A stretch of 64,000 nucleotides of DNA from Lepidodermella squamata (Eukaryota; Animalia; Gastrotricha). Shown in pieces: positions 11,820 to 24,800 of the stretch; position 1 is the stretch's first letter, and every line of letters starts with the position of its first letter. The notes below the pieces were generated by a model. The model did no database searches and was not told the origin of the DNA. It saw only the letters and a list, made by a program, of their open reading frames with translations. The position numbers and the translations under genes are program-made. The stretch is taken from contig JBLDXI010000042.1 in NCBI GenBank assembly GCA_047495785.1, forward strand, positions 930,001-994,000, in the 5' to 3' direction.

Positions 11820-14599
11820 AGTCCTGTTACGTACCGGTCGTTGAAGCAGGTTTCGTGAGCCGAGTGGACGCGGGTACATCAGCTGATACAGGCGAAGTTA
11901 TAAGGCCAAGAACTACCGTGGCGAAAGGAGAGGTCGTAATCGTTAAATGCAACCCAGGTCATAACTACTCCGCTTCTATCAATTTCGCAACCTGCTTACC
12001 TCCTTTTCGCCCGGCGATTAATGGAAGATGTAGCCCTAGTTAGTAAGGTCAAAATGAGGGAAATCTTCCTGATGACCCAACTTGTGCAAGTTCCGAATCC
12101 TATTCGATTTGTCCACCTGGGAAAAGCTAACCTCATGACCTAGCCCAAGCCCAAACACTATCCCTATCAACATCCCTGAGCCTAGCCCTAACCCTACACC
12201 CTAAACCTAACCCTAACCAAAAACCAAAATCCAACCCCAACCCCAAACCCTAACCCAAACTGAAACCCTAATGAAACCCGAACCTTAACCCTTACCCTAA
12301 CCTTACGCTGACTTCTAACCCTTGACCTTAACCCTTATCTTTCAACCCTTTTCTAACCCTTACCACTAATCGTTGATGAATGGCCTGTTAATACTATCCT
12401 TATTCTTAGACTGTGGCGAGATTCCTGTCGTAAGTAATGGGTACTTGACGAGCTCGAATATGTCCACATCGTACTTGTCCACGATGACTTTGGTCTGCAA
12501 TCAAGGCTATCGAGTCGTCGGTCAGGCTACCAGCCGATGCCAATCAAACGGCAGTTGGTCTCCGCCAGGCAGCTGTGAAGCTTTAGGTTACATTTTTCAT
12601 TACGCAGTGATTGCTCAAGCACTAACAATGTTCTCAAGTTTGCAGACGACCACCGGCGATACGAAACGGTGCCGTATCTTCCGGGCTCTCGAGCGTAGGA
12701 GCAACGCGAAGTGTGTCCTGCGATCGAAATTACGAGCTACAAGGCAATGCGGCGATATCATGCCTCTCAAACTTGACATGGTCTCAGCCTGGTTCTTGCA
12801 CCTTACGGCAACAAGGACCTGTAAGTTCAAACATAAATATTTATCTGCCCCATATCGTTATTTTCATTTTGCCACTTTTGCCAAGAATTTAATCCATTTT
12901 CTTTAAATTCAACCATCAGGGAGAATTTTGACTGCTTACTTGCTTGCTGACGTATTTTTAACCTAATGAACCGAAATTACTGAATTTAACGGAGAGACCC
13001 TGATCAGTAATTTTCGGTATTTTAAGAGGTTTGACTTTATTTCTCCGGATTTGTTTTAGTTTCAAGTTTCAAGAAGTTTCGGAGTGTCTACTATCGCAAC
13101 AATACTTATTTTGGAATAGGGCCAGGGTTAGGGTTAGGGTTGGGCTCAACAAAAAATATCAGATACTGTCATTTGGGGCAAATTCTCGATCTGCCCTCTC
13201 TTGGATGTTGTAGTTTCTCTTAAATAGTAAATAGAAAATAAATAAATACTACTTGTTAGATAGGGGTGGCGAATTCGCTCTTTGCTCAATTGATTTCCCT
13301 GGCCTCGGTATGTAAGTACTGTTAACAATTTCGATAGCTAGCAAAATTCTCAACATTTTCGTCCTTTGGCCCTATTTTCAAGCATTTCCACATTTATTGG
13401 TTGTAAGTAAATTTATAACAGCAATTCAAAACGATGAAGTACCATATTGATGCGAATTTGAAATTATCTGATTATATATCTTTCCACTAATGTTTCATTT
13501 TTCATGGCGATCAGCCGTCCGGCGAGCCGTGCATAGTCCCAAGTAGACCGAATTCCTTACTCAAGCTGAAATCAAATGGAAGAACTGTCCAGGCAAATTC
13601 TCTCCCGACTGGAAGCGTTATTGTCATTGAGTGCTTGGCAGGATTTGCTTTCACGATGAGACAGTCTCGCTCAGAAAGCACTTGTCAGGCGGATGGCGAA
13701 TGGAGCTACGAGCTGCCGAGATGCGGAAGAGCAGAAGGTGAGGGCAAATCTTAGCATTTCAGCTTCTACTAATCTTGTGAATTCAAGCCAACTACAGCGC
13801 TTGCGGAATTGGACTGGCAGCAAGAGTTATGGGCGGAGCTTACGCTGAACCAGGCGAACTTCCATGGATGGCTAGACTTGAAATCACGTATACCGGTCAA
13901 AACCAGCCGGTATACTGCGGCGCTTCTCTCATCTCCCCATCATGGCTTCTATCCGCAGCTCACTGCTTGCCCGTTAACAGCAATGGCTTAGTTGCGATAA
14001 TAGCGGAAATTGGCCGGACTAATTTTTCTAGCGAAAGTGAAGCAAGCCAATATGTTCGACGCGTATCGAGAAACTTCACCATCCATCCTAATTACAGCAA
14101 ACTGGATAACTACAACTTCGACTTTGCCCTGATTAAGTTGGAGCCGCCTGTTATCTTGAAACCAAGCGCTCGCTTAATATGCCTGTCCGACTCGTCAATG
14201 TGCGACGAAACGTATTCGAGGGATAACCAACGCGTCGACAGTTGTGTTCAAGTATCAGCGGCTGGCTGGGGTACGACAGAACGGGGCGAGCGATTGTCGA
14301 CTACTTTGAAAAAAGTCAACTTGACCATGGCATCGGCTGAGTCTTGCGAAATTTTGGGAGGCTACGACAGCATAACAGATGCTCAATTGTGTGCTGGGGC
14401 GGAAGTCAGCAAAGTCGATACATGCACCGGCGACTCTGGCGGGCCTTTGATGTGCAGGCGAGACGGCTATGGGCCTTATCATCAAATAGGAATTGTTTCT
14501 TTTGGCCACTCGTGCGGCGTGGCCAATTCGCCTGGAATATATTCCAGGGTTTGCCGAGTCGTAGATTGGATCAGAGGATACATTTTAACCCCGAACTGA
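11820..14599 (+). CDS. CCP/Sushi(x4)-trypsin serine protease (multi-exon); C-terminal protease domain intact
   Basis: Sushi exons at ~11820-12040, 12410-12587, 12646-12820 and 13515-13737 (e.g. CNQGYRVVGQATSRCQSNGSWSPPGSC). Activation site CGIGLAAR|VMGG, triad AAHC/DFAL/GDSGG, and S1 Asp (DTC), i.e. trypsin specificity. The 5' start is uncertain because the upstream domain is broken. Confidence 0.75.
12140..12365. repeat. Degenerate (CCCTAA)n telomere-like tract in a protease intron
   Basis: Many CCCTAA/ACCCTAAC variants; a short GGGTTAGGGTTAGGGTT also occurs at ~13125. Confidence 0.7.
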
Positions 14600-16365
14600 A
14601 CCTATCGTAGCTCGTAACAACAAATCCGATTAAATTATTGATTATTGTCAACTGATGAGTTCTTTTTATAGGTTCTTTGTGACGTTAATTTCCCTGAATA
14701 AGAGTGTGCGAAGTAGAATTCGGAATTCGGGAGCTGAGGTGTTTTTTACTTGTTTTCTAGGACCCAGCCAAAAAGAAACCAAAGGGACCCCCATGTGGTT
14801 ATTTCAGCCTTCCTCTGGTTGTAGTCCTTGAGCTGGGATGTCGCGACATAATTACTAGGAGAAGCCCTCTGTTCAAGGATACCAGGTTGACTCTCTTTTT
14901 TTAAATACTCTGAAACCGCCTTTAATTGTCGATTTTTTGGCGAAATTGCCGTCACACGAAATAGCTGGCTAAATTTTCATCTTTTTCCGAGCTGTACCCA
15001 TCCCCCTATAAATGTCGCACACTGCCCATCATTTTTGGTCTTGACGGTCTTAAATTCTGTTAACCTGTTAGGGTATTTGGCTCAGAGCCGCGCCGGTCGG
15101 GCAATTAAAGCGCCCCTACTGCGTCACTGTGTTGGAAGACCACAGAGGGACCAGGCAACGGATTCATCATGCAGCCAAAGTGGGACCAACTTAACCACCC
15201 ACCGTCACCACCCAGGCCCACCAGAACCCGTCCCTTGGGACCCAAACTAACCCGTTCCTTGAATTTTTTTTCCCAATTTTGAGTGGTACCACTCGACCCG
15301 TGTTGAAGTCGTAGTCAGATAATTCGAACATCAGCTGTTTTCCTCTCAGTTCCACTGTCTTCGTCAATTTCTCGCCAAAAGCCGCCTCGATGTGGGATGT
15401 CGTAACGGCGTTCGCTTCAAAATCGAACGCACTGTTAAATTTTTTTATCGCTTACATTTATTGATAAATGCTTATTTAAAACAATTGTATTGTATTGTAT
15501 TGTATTGTATTTTCCAAATTCATTCAAAAATAATTACAGAATTTAAGGTTAACAATCATTGAGGAAAATGGATTAGAATACAAAGGGCAAGTTCTGCCAC
15601 TTACATGTACCTACATTATAACATATATTTCATAGCGCGCAAAGTGGATAATGTTCAGAGAACTGACAATGTGAGCCCCAGAGATTTTTCTTGTTCTCTT
15701 ACACTTTATTATTGTTTTACTGCTTCACTTCTACACTTCTTCAAGGTCAGAAACAACCATAGTTGAGTTATTGAACATTCCGCTGTTAGCTGCCACTGGC
15801 CGCCTCTTCCGGCTCATCAACATCCGTGGTTGCAGTCGCAGCGGCACTGGCATCTGGCGTTTTGTCGGCGGCGGTTTTTCCTCGGTTGGCGCGGGTTGTG
15901 CGATCTGCGGTCGCGGCACCGGCTAAAGCCTGCGCTGCTTGCCAGGCTGAGATGGCTTCAGCTGCCTTCTGTTCCCTAGTGCGCTTATGCTAAAGATTGA
16001 CAGCTTTTTGCAACACAGCTGATTCACTCCTGCCCAATCGGACGAGAAGTGCCCTATCAAATTTGTCGATAAACTCATTTAAACTGCGTTTGTTTGGAGC
16101 CACTTTTCTCCTAACTCCCGGATTCAATATTGGATTCAAAAGAGCTTCATCAGCAGGCGACCAATCCGTGCCGTCTTTTCTGACTAGTTTGAAAATTAAA
16201 GAAAATGAAAATGTAGCAAAATAGTCGAAAGACCGCACATAACATATTCTCCTCGTCATTCGTCATCGGGTAAGCTTAGTTTCGGCGGGGGTAGTTGTTG
16301 AAGTGACATCTCAGCAAATTTGGGTTTCTCGCGGCAGGTTACAAGGGTTTGATAAATTACTAATT

Positions 16366-16504
16366 CCCGTATCAACAATTTTCAGTATTACGTAGGATGA
16401 AATATGCTAATGAGCACTTTTCATTGTGATTTCACGCACTGAACAATGAAAAGTGCTCATTAACATATTTCATCTTACGGAATACTGAAAATTGTTGGTA
16501 CGGG
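16366..16504. repeat. Imperfect palindrome with ~62-bp arms upstream of pogo copy 2
   Basis: CCCGTATCAACAATTTTCAGTATT...CACTTTTCATTGT is mirrored by ACAATGAAAAGTG...AATACTGAAAATTGTTGGTACGGG. Confidence 0.8.
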
Positions 16505-16593
16505 TTGCATTTCCGAGTTCGTTTTAACAAAAGTTCGATTAAATTGATGCGAAACCGAAATCTGATTTGGTGAGAATAAATGCCTCTTAGTTG

Positions 16594-19448
16594 AGATGAT
16601 TTGTCATCATTTCCCGTCAAGAACAACCTAAAACATGTTGTCATTATTTTCATCCTGAACTTCTTCATCACACCCTCCTCTTCTATGGAAAGCATTCCTG
16701 AAAGCGACGAAGCTGAAACCTCGTCAAGGAATGAGGCTGGAAGAAAAGCCAGGCGATATCGTGCGTTTACTGTTGCCTTCAAGCTTCGAGCGGTTGACTT
16801 CGCGAAGGAAAACACCATCGCGGCTTCAGCAAGAAGATAGAAAATCGATCGAAGATGCATCGGTCAATGGATTGGAAAACATCTCGAACTAAATGCCATG
16901 GCATTCGCTGGTTTCGCCAAGCGGGCTCGTCTTCCGGGTGCAGGTCGCAAACTTGGCTTCGAAGGGCTGGAGCACGAACTCCTGGAATGGATTTTGGCTG
17001 AACGCGCCGCGAAGAGGCCAGTTTCACGTCGCCGTATCTTGTTGAAAGGTCAACGGCTGCTTGCCAATTTCAAAGGTCATCATTCATGGTTGAGTCGATT
17101 TCTTCAGCGGAACAACTTTAGTCTTCGTCGAAAAAGAACGCAATGTCAAAAACTCCTGGCTTTCTTCCTGGATAAGCTGGTGTCATGGTGTCATTCGTCC
17201 TCTTCATTCGACAGCTGCGAAGAAGGAACGACTACTCAATGAAGAACATGATTTGCTGCTGATGAAACTGCAGTATGGCTCGATTCAAGCCCTTCAACTA
17301 CAGTCGAAAACACTGGGGCCAAGGAGTTGCCAATTTTGACAACTGGTCACGACAAGGCAAGAATAACCGTCATGCTGAGTGCACGTGCTGACGGCACGAA
17401 ACTGAAGCCTATGGTTTTGCTGAACAGAAAAGGGCCAATGAAATCTTTGGAGAAATTCAGCTCGAAACTGCACATCTTATACAAAGGTAGCTAATATTTT
17501 ATACTTTCTAAAGAATTTTTTTCATTTCACTCAAAATTTCAGGAACAATCTGGATGAATGACCTTACGACCGAGTTGTACCTCAAGGAAGTCAGTGGCCA
17601 AAAAGTTTTCGGTAGGTGTCGGTTGCTGGTCTGGGACGCGTTCCGATCGCATATCTCTGCCGCGACTCGAAAGGTGCTTGCTTCTCTGAAAATCGATCCA
17701 GCAGCAGTGCCGGGCGGGAGCACCAAATTTATTCAGGCACCGGAACGCGCCCTTCAAGGCGAAGATTTGTCATCATTTCCCGTCAAGAACAACCTAAAAC
17801 ATGTTGTCATTATTTTCATCCTGAACTTCTTCATCACACCCTCCTCTTCTATGGAAAGCATTCCTGAAAGCGACGAAGCTGAAACCTCGTCAAGGAATGA
17901 GGCTGGAAGAAAAGCCAGGCGATATCGTGCGTTTACTGTTGCCTTCAAGCTTCGAGCGGTTGACTTCGCGAAGGAAAACACCATCGCGGCTTCAGCAAGA
18001 AGATAGAAAATCGATCGAAGATGCATCGGTCAATGGATTGGAAAACATCTCGAACTAAATGCCATGGCATTCGCTGGTTTCGCCAAGCGGGCTCGTCTTC
18101 CGGGTGCAGGTCGCAAACTTGGCTTCGAAGGGCTGGAGCACGAACTCCTGGAATGGATTTTGGCTGAACGCGCCGCGAAGAGGCCAGTTTCACGTCGCCG
18201 TATCTTGTTGAAAGGTCAACGGCTGCTTGCCAATTTCAAAGGTCATCATTCATGGTTGAGTCGATTTCTTCAGCGGAACAACTTGAGTCTTCGTCGAAAA
18301 AGAACGCAATGTCAAAAACTCCTGGCTTTCTTCCTGGATAAGCTGGTGTCATGGTGTCATTCGTCCTCTTCATTCGACAGCTGCGAAGAAGGAACGACTA
18401 CTCAATGAAGAACATGATTTGCTGCTGATGAAACTGCAGTATGGCTCGATTCAAGCCCTTCAACTACAGTCGAAAACACTGGGGCCAAGGAGTTGCCAAT
18501 TTTGACAACTGGTCACGACAAGGCAAGAATAACCGTCATGCTGAGTGCACGTGCTGACGGCACGAAACTGAAGCCTATGGTTTTGCTGAACAGAAAAGGG
18601 CCAATGAAATCTTTGGAGAAATTCAGCTCGAAACTGCACATCTTATACAAAGGTAGCTAATATTTTATACTTTCTAAAGAATTTTTTTCATTTCACTCAA
18701 AATTTCAGGAACAATCTGGATGAATGACCTTACGACCGAGTTGTACCTCAAGGAAGTCAGTGGCCAAAAAGTTTTCGGTAGGTGTCGGTTGCTGGTCTGG
18801 GACGCGTTCCGATCGCATATCTCTGCCGCGACTCGAAAGGTGCTTGCTTCTCTGAAAATCGATCCAGCAGCAGTGCCGGGCGGGAGCACCAAATTTATTC
18901 AGGCACCGGAACGCGCCCTTCAAGGCGAAGATTCGCGAGCTCTATGCCGAATGGTTCAGCAGTGGCAAGCAGGAACTGACCAAGGGCGGCAATCCGAAAG
19001 CGCCACCTCTGGAAGTGGTCTGCGACTGGATCATTCAGGCCTGGGAATCTCTAAGCGCCGAACTCAACGTCAAGTCTTTCAAGCGATGTGCGATAACCGT
19101 TGCGACTGATGGCTCGGAGGATGATGAAATTCACTGCTTTCGTCCTGGTAAGACCTGTGAAGCTGGTCGCGAATTGTTGGCTCAAAAAGCAGCGAAAAAT
19201 GACCCGGTGTTGTTGATAATCGAGGAAGATGCCGAGGAGAATAAAAAAAAATGAAAACAATCACTACGAAGAGGACATTTGACAGTTGTTTCATTTTTAA
19301 ACTCTTTTTTCAATTCATTTTAATCTGACGACGATAGATTCAAATAAATAATACCACAGCCTGCAATTGTACCTCGCCTGTAATAAACCCTCACTTTTTT
19401 CTTGGTTAGAAACTATAAAACAACGGCACCCAATTTCGGTTTTTACGG
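16594..19448 (+). pseudogene. Defective pogo transposase with a 1166-bp internal tandem duplication
   Basis: Homologous to the 2995-4401 transposase (same intron position KG|TIWMND, ADET, WDAFRSH). It has a premature TAG after ASARR and frameshifts. 16594-17759 is repeated at 17760-18925. The right end is ...TTTTACGG+TA at 19448; the left TIR was not found. Confidence 0.88.
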
Positions 19449-19968
19449 TATCTGTCTTTCGCGTTACGATGTCTGGGGTTCATGAGAAAGTATAGATTAG
19501 ATAGCACATTTCCACGGAATTGTGAATGCAATTGACGTCAGAGGTCATGCTGACGTTCACTCGCTACCGTGTGGTATCTTTTATTTAAAAGTGCTCGTAT
19601 CCATTATATAAGTATCATAGGATCATAGTGCCAAATATGTCGTACGGTCACGTTCAGAGCGCGAAGTCCACACAAAAAATGAATGCATCGCAAAAATGTT
19701 TGGCGACCATTTTTTGCAATAAAATGAAAACATGGAAATTAGAGTTTCCGCAATGTTGGAGCCACAAAGAATAGAACCGAGACGCCCTCAAAACTCGATT
19801 TTGGTATAAAAAGGCAATGTCCATTTTTACCTGCTGCGCAAAACGTATGAACCCTTCGCTGAAACCGATTCCGCCTAGGTCGATTTCCCCTCCCCAGGTT
19901 GGGTGACAATTGTTACTCAAACGTTTGATTTTGAGAGAATTGCAGCGGTGTTAAAATTACATTTATTC

Positions 19969-20328
19969 GGGTCCCCCACAGAGCAGCAGTCTTCAAAGCA
20001 GGGTAAACGCACTAAACAGTCCTCCCAGCAGGCGCTCAGGCTTAGCCTCAGATTTTCAACGAATGGACTAGCATGATGGTCAGCCATTCTAGCTTTTCAC
20101 ACCAAAAATTGAGGAGCCTAAGTCATGAAAACTCCGTAATGTAGCTCAGACCTCAATTTGGTCGAAAAAGTCATTTTTCGAAAATTTTCCAAAATTCATA
20201 AGCCGGGCTCTTAAAGTTATAATGCGCCTATAATCAGATAAATAATAAATACGATTTATTGTTGCGTGGCGTTTGCACCGCTTTTTGAGTTTATCCTGCT
20301 TTGAAGCCTGCTGCTCTGTGGGGGACCC
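19969..20328. mobile_element. Mutator-like MITE
   Basis: TIR GGGTCCCCCACAGAGCAGCAG.CTTCAAAGCAGG.TAAAC with a 9-bp TSD CATTTATTC. Confidence 0.82.
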
Positions 20329-20519
20329 CATTTATTCGATTCATATAAAAGTTGTTTTTTGGACATAGCATCGACGACGAAATATTATGGTCACTCTGTG
20401 CTTCGCGATTACAAGAAGGATTTCGTCAAGAAAACACAATATCGCTGGTTCAGGGCCGTTTTAACTCATTTAATCCGGGGCACGTGCCCACGAGCCCTCA
20501 GTTTTGCGTAGCAGTTAAG

Positions 20520-21011
20520 CAGACACTTTGATTTGATTTGATTTGATTGTGATTTGATTTGATTTAGGCCATTTTTTGATGATTTCATTTACTGATGATT
20601 TGATTTACAACATTTCAAGATGATTTGATTTGCAAATGATTTAGCCCCCTTGATTTGCTAATTATTTAGAGTATTCAACACTCTCGGAACTCCCCTTGTT
20701 GCTAAACATGAGAACTCACATTTGCCTCGAAAACACCTGTTTTCCAATGTCTGGAGCAATTTAACTACTTTTAGACTCATTCTGCCATAACCAACCTTAA
20801 AATGTGAAAGAACCTCTAATACTCCTATACCCTAATACTCATACCCTAATCCCCTAATACTCATATTTCGCCGAGCGAAAGATTTGATTTGATTTTAGAC
20901 TGTCTGATGATTTGATTTGATTGATTTTTGGGTGATTTGATTTAGAATGATTGATTTAACAAGACCTGTGATTTACTGAAGAAATCAAATCAAATCAAAT
21001 CAAAGTCACTG
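20520..21011. mobile_element. hAT-like MITE with (TTTGA)n subterminal repeats
   Basis: Termini CAGACACTTTGATTTG / CAAATCAAAGTCACTG with an 8-bp TSD CAGTTAAG. A related fragment lies at ~39985-40190. Confidence 0.78.
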
Positions 21012-21165
21012 CAGTTAAGACATTTACATTAGTCTTAGTAAGACTGTCTTACTCAAAACACCAGACCGAACCTTTGCTTCGCAGAAAACACCCTGCAAAA
21101 TCATTGCACCCTGATGTATCACAGCATTTGCGATTCTCAAGAGTTATCGAGCAATCTTCTTGAGC

Positions 21166-21581
21166 CATGAGACGTACCAGGACGTAGCGCTTCGATATAA
21201 ACACCTGATTTTTGTGTTATTTTTAATAAGGTCCAAAGGTCGTTGTGGCTAAAAATAACCTCATTAGCAGCGATCGTTATTTTTCTGGTGCGGCCAGCAA
21301 AAAATCTCATTCATGATAATCACTTATTTACGCAAAGATAAGTTTTCTTGCTGCGATCTGAAGATCTCGATCTTAAAGAAAACGGCGGGTCGCGAAAAGA
21401 CCAGTTATTTTGTTTTCAATTTAAATTTTTATTATCGATGGCAAATTGATTTTATATTCTAAAAAAAAGTTGCCATCGAAAGTAATTATTATGCACACTT
21501 AAGCTAAACACATCACGTGATTTTTTACGCAAACCCGGATAATGAGAGCTTCGAAGCCGCTGCGTCCTGGTACGTCTCATG
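21166..21581. mobile_element. P-element-like MITE, copy 1
   Basis: TIR CATGAGACGTACCAGGACG with an 8-bp TSD TCTTGAGC; closely similar to 31391-31807. Confidence 0.85.
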
Positions 21582-23529
21582 TCTTGAGCAGGTAGCCTAC
21601 CTGACCACGAGAAGAGAAACTATGAGAGCTACACCAAACGCTTTACCGATTAGAGATTAGCCATTAACCACAACAGCCTGAAAAATAACAATAAATCGAT
21701 TCAGCATTTTTACAATTTATCAAGAAATTTGAAAAGGAGAGAAAAAGGCCTTTTACCCACCACCTTAAAAAGGATATAAACAAGCCCAAATGCGAGTTAT
21801 TTAACAACGATATGGTGGCCATTCATGAGGTAAATACTTCCACACATTCATTTTCATGTTCTAATTTTCTCTTTTTCAGATTTTGGGCCTGAACATTGGC
21901 ATTCTGTGGAATTCGATGCAAGTTAGCCGCCCAGGAATAATTTTTAGATTGCACTTTTAAATTGAATTTTTCTATTCTTTCCATCGCCGCATCGTCATTG
22001 AATGCTTTGAAAGCTAAGAGCTACGTCAACGTTTTTTCAACCGTATAAACTTAGCGATTAGAGCGGTCTAATCTTGTTAAACAATGCGAAAATTCGCCAA
22101 AATGAGTCAACAGCCAGCAATTCATAATATTGCAAAAAAATTTGGGCACGCTGTAGAATTCATAAACAGTCCAGCATTTCGCGTCACTTTGAAAATGAAA
22201 AATATCTTTCCTTCTTTTCAAGCCGTTTGGCCTCACTCTTTAATTTCCGAATGGCAGCGATGGCTCGGTAGCGGTGAGGAATTAGCACTTGAGATTCCGT
22301 GAGTTTACTTATACGGTTTCAAAGTGTGGGTAGTCAAAAGATGAGGCCGAGAAAGCTTACGGTCGCGGAATTGCCAATGTTTGGTAACCTTACCCTAACA
22401 TGTGAAATTAGTTTTACCTTATTTGCGTTGCAGCAAGCTTTCAACAGTCAGCCCCGGCTATTTACCAACCATTTGTAATTGTCCCTTATCCGACACAGGA
22501 ATTCTCTTGGAATCGCATGCTGTACTCCCACAATCGAGCTGCCGACTCATTATTCCAGAATTTGCCTCGTCCACAATGACAATGATGCAGATTTGATATA
22601 TTTATTACTATATTATACTAGTTGCTATGAGTTGGCATCCGAATGGCACGCGAGTAATAAGCTGTAAATTCTAGACACACAAAGATGAAATCGAAAAGAT
22701 ACATTTAGGTAAGAGAAATTTGCGCCAATGGCGCTCGTCATATTTATTAGCTGTTGGCACCGGAGCTTTGGATTTGATTTCATTTTATTTAAAGCATTAA
22801 TCACGGACCTATTTCAATCAATCAAAATCAATCAATGCCCAACTTCTACGGAACTACATCAATCAAATCAAATAATTTATATCGATAAATCACAATAAAT
22901 CACGAAACATCAGGATTTTCACCAATCCCAGGGGCTTTGGAAATTCGAAAATTCAAGATAAAATACTAACTTCCCTCTCCGAAGCGAATTTTCTTCAAAA
23001 AAGGCGGAAAAATCTTACTTTATTAGCGACATCAAAGATTTTAATTTTTTCGATTGCATCTCTCACGGTAAATTAAAATAAATCAATTCAAAATACAGCC
23101 TCGCGTAAATCAATCATTATTTAATTGCGCATTAAAGCCGCGAAAATAGTGTCTAAATCGAATCGAATCAAATTCAAAGCAGTTCATTGGCAAAAAAAAT
23201 AGATAAATTCCGTTGATAAGACTTTAAACAATCATAGAAATCTCAAGTTAGATAATAAATGTTTCAAAGTTATAAATGGCATATATCTTCGTATTGAAGC
23301 GACTGGAATAAATAATGCGATGCGTAAATTCATGGAAAAAGAATAGACAATATTTCGACAATTTTTCTCACACAAGGGTCCCAACCACTGTGGGTTTTCG
23401 AGGGTATTTTACCTTGGCCTTCATACAAATGAGGGATGCGATATCCCCATTTTTCTCGATCCTTCGCGCACTGATTTAACAAATGAGTATCGTGACAAAA
23501 CAAATACATGGCTTATAGCTTATACTTCA

Positions 23530-23716
23530 TATCGCAGGGTGGTTGACAGATCGACCTGACTAAAATAGAAACAAATGGCGTAATGCATTTGATGCACACA
23601 AAAAACTGGCGCTCAGTTTTTCCGGCACGCGACTGACTTGGCGGAGATGCAAAAAATAGTTTTACGCTATTTTGTTTCTATTCTAGGCAGGTCGTTCTGT
23701 CGCCCACCCTGCGATA
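23530..23716. mobile_element. Small inverted-repeat element (MITE-like)
   Basis: ~47-bp imperfect arms ATATCGCAGGGTGG..GACCTG.CTA.AATAGAAACAAA. Confidence 0.6.
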
Positions 23717-23867
23717 TATCAGAGGTTTGGATTTGATTTCATTTGATTTACATTTACAGCTTACTGCTTACAGTAAATCAAATTAAATCATTGTCTCACT
23801 TTAGTTCCAAATGATCAATTATCCATTTTTCATTGGAAACCCAAGAAGTAAATACCAACGATCGATC

Positions 23868-24367
23868 CTACTGCTGCCAATACTGCGCCAAAAATACTAG
23901 CGATAGCAGCGTCAGGTAACCCCAAGGTCCTGCCGTAGTGGCTGAATTCAAATTCCGAGGTTCCCGCGTACTAGTAGCCTCCAGCATCACATTTGCAATC
24001 GTAACATTTTGGTTATTGCACAAATCTGTTGTGCAGCAATGTACAAAATTTCCTGATATGCAGCCTTTTTCATCTATACATCCGCGTATTCCTGTTTCCC
24101 TAAAATCGATGAAAATCGAAATATTGAAGACCATTGAATTCATTGAAAACCACCGACTACTCACAATTCACTGTCGAAGAAAATGCATCCGTAGTTGTAA
24201 TTCGAAGGGCAGTTGTATTCCATGTAGTTCTTTGGATCTCCGCAGTAAGTAGTCTCGTTTGGAATGCATAGGTAACATTGCGTAACTTCTGCAGCAGAAG
24301 GCTGCAATTGGCTTAACACTAACAGTGCTCCTAGAGAAACATTGACTAGGTTCGAAGTCCATTTCAT
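23868..24367 (-). CDS. Ly6/uPAR (three-finger) GPI-anchored protein, quiver/sleepless-like, 2 exons
   Basis: Signal MKWTSNLVNVSLGALLVLSQLQPSAA, then QCYLC, a 65-bp GTGAGT..TTTAG intron (24164-24100), IRGC, the diagnostic CCTTDLCN and a hydrophobic C-terminal GPI-type signal. Confidence 0.85.
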
Positions 24368-24431
24368 AGAAATCGAGTGTTTCTTTTGATAGTAAGTGTC
24401 AAATTGTATCGTAATTTCTCTCGACCCATAA

Positions 24432-24800
24432 AATAGTGACTTGTGCAGAAATGAATCGGCCTCAGATAAATCAGGTTCGTCATTCAATTGTCTTCGCTCG
24501 GTGTCCGGACAAGACACTGTCGGATAGGGTTCTGGGAAATCGGTTGCGTCATGCCAATGTTCAATATCGGGAATCAAAGGAAGAAAAGCATCGTTGCAAT
24601 CTTCGCAATTCAAATTTCCCTGATCAGTGAAACAGCAGTCGGTTTTTGCATCATAAAAGGCTGTTATTTCTATCGAAGAAATTAGTGACTTGTGCAGAAA
24701 TGAATCGGCCTCGGATAAATCGGGTTCGTCATTCGATTTTCTTCGTTTCGTCGGACACGATAATGTTGTACAGTGTCCTGAGAAATCGGTTGCGTCACGT
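24432..24800. repeat. Diverged direct duplication (~125 bp, period ~252 bp) upstream of the Ly6 gene
   Basis: TAGTGACTTGTGCAGAAATGAATCGGCCTC...AATCGGTTGCGTCA occurs at ~24434 and ~24683. Confidence 0.75.

Noticed and set aside
15300-16330. GC-richer minus-strand coding-like fragments with possible introns
   Set aside because: They contain stops and have no identifiable family; probably a decayed mobile-element gene, but I cannot assign it.
23868-24367. Three-finger toxin
   Set aside because: It retains a hydrophobic GPI-type C-terminus, so it is more likely an ordinary membrane Ly6 protein.
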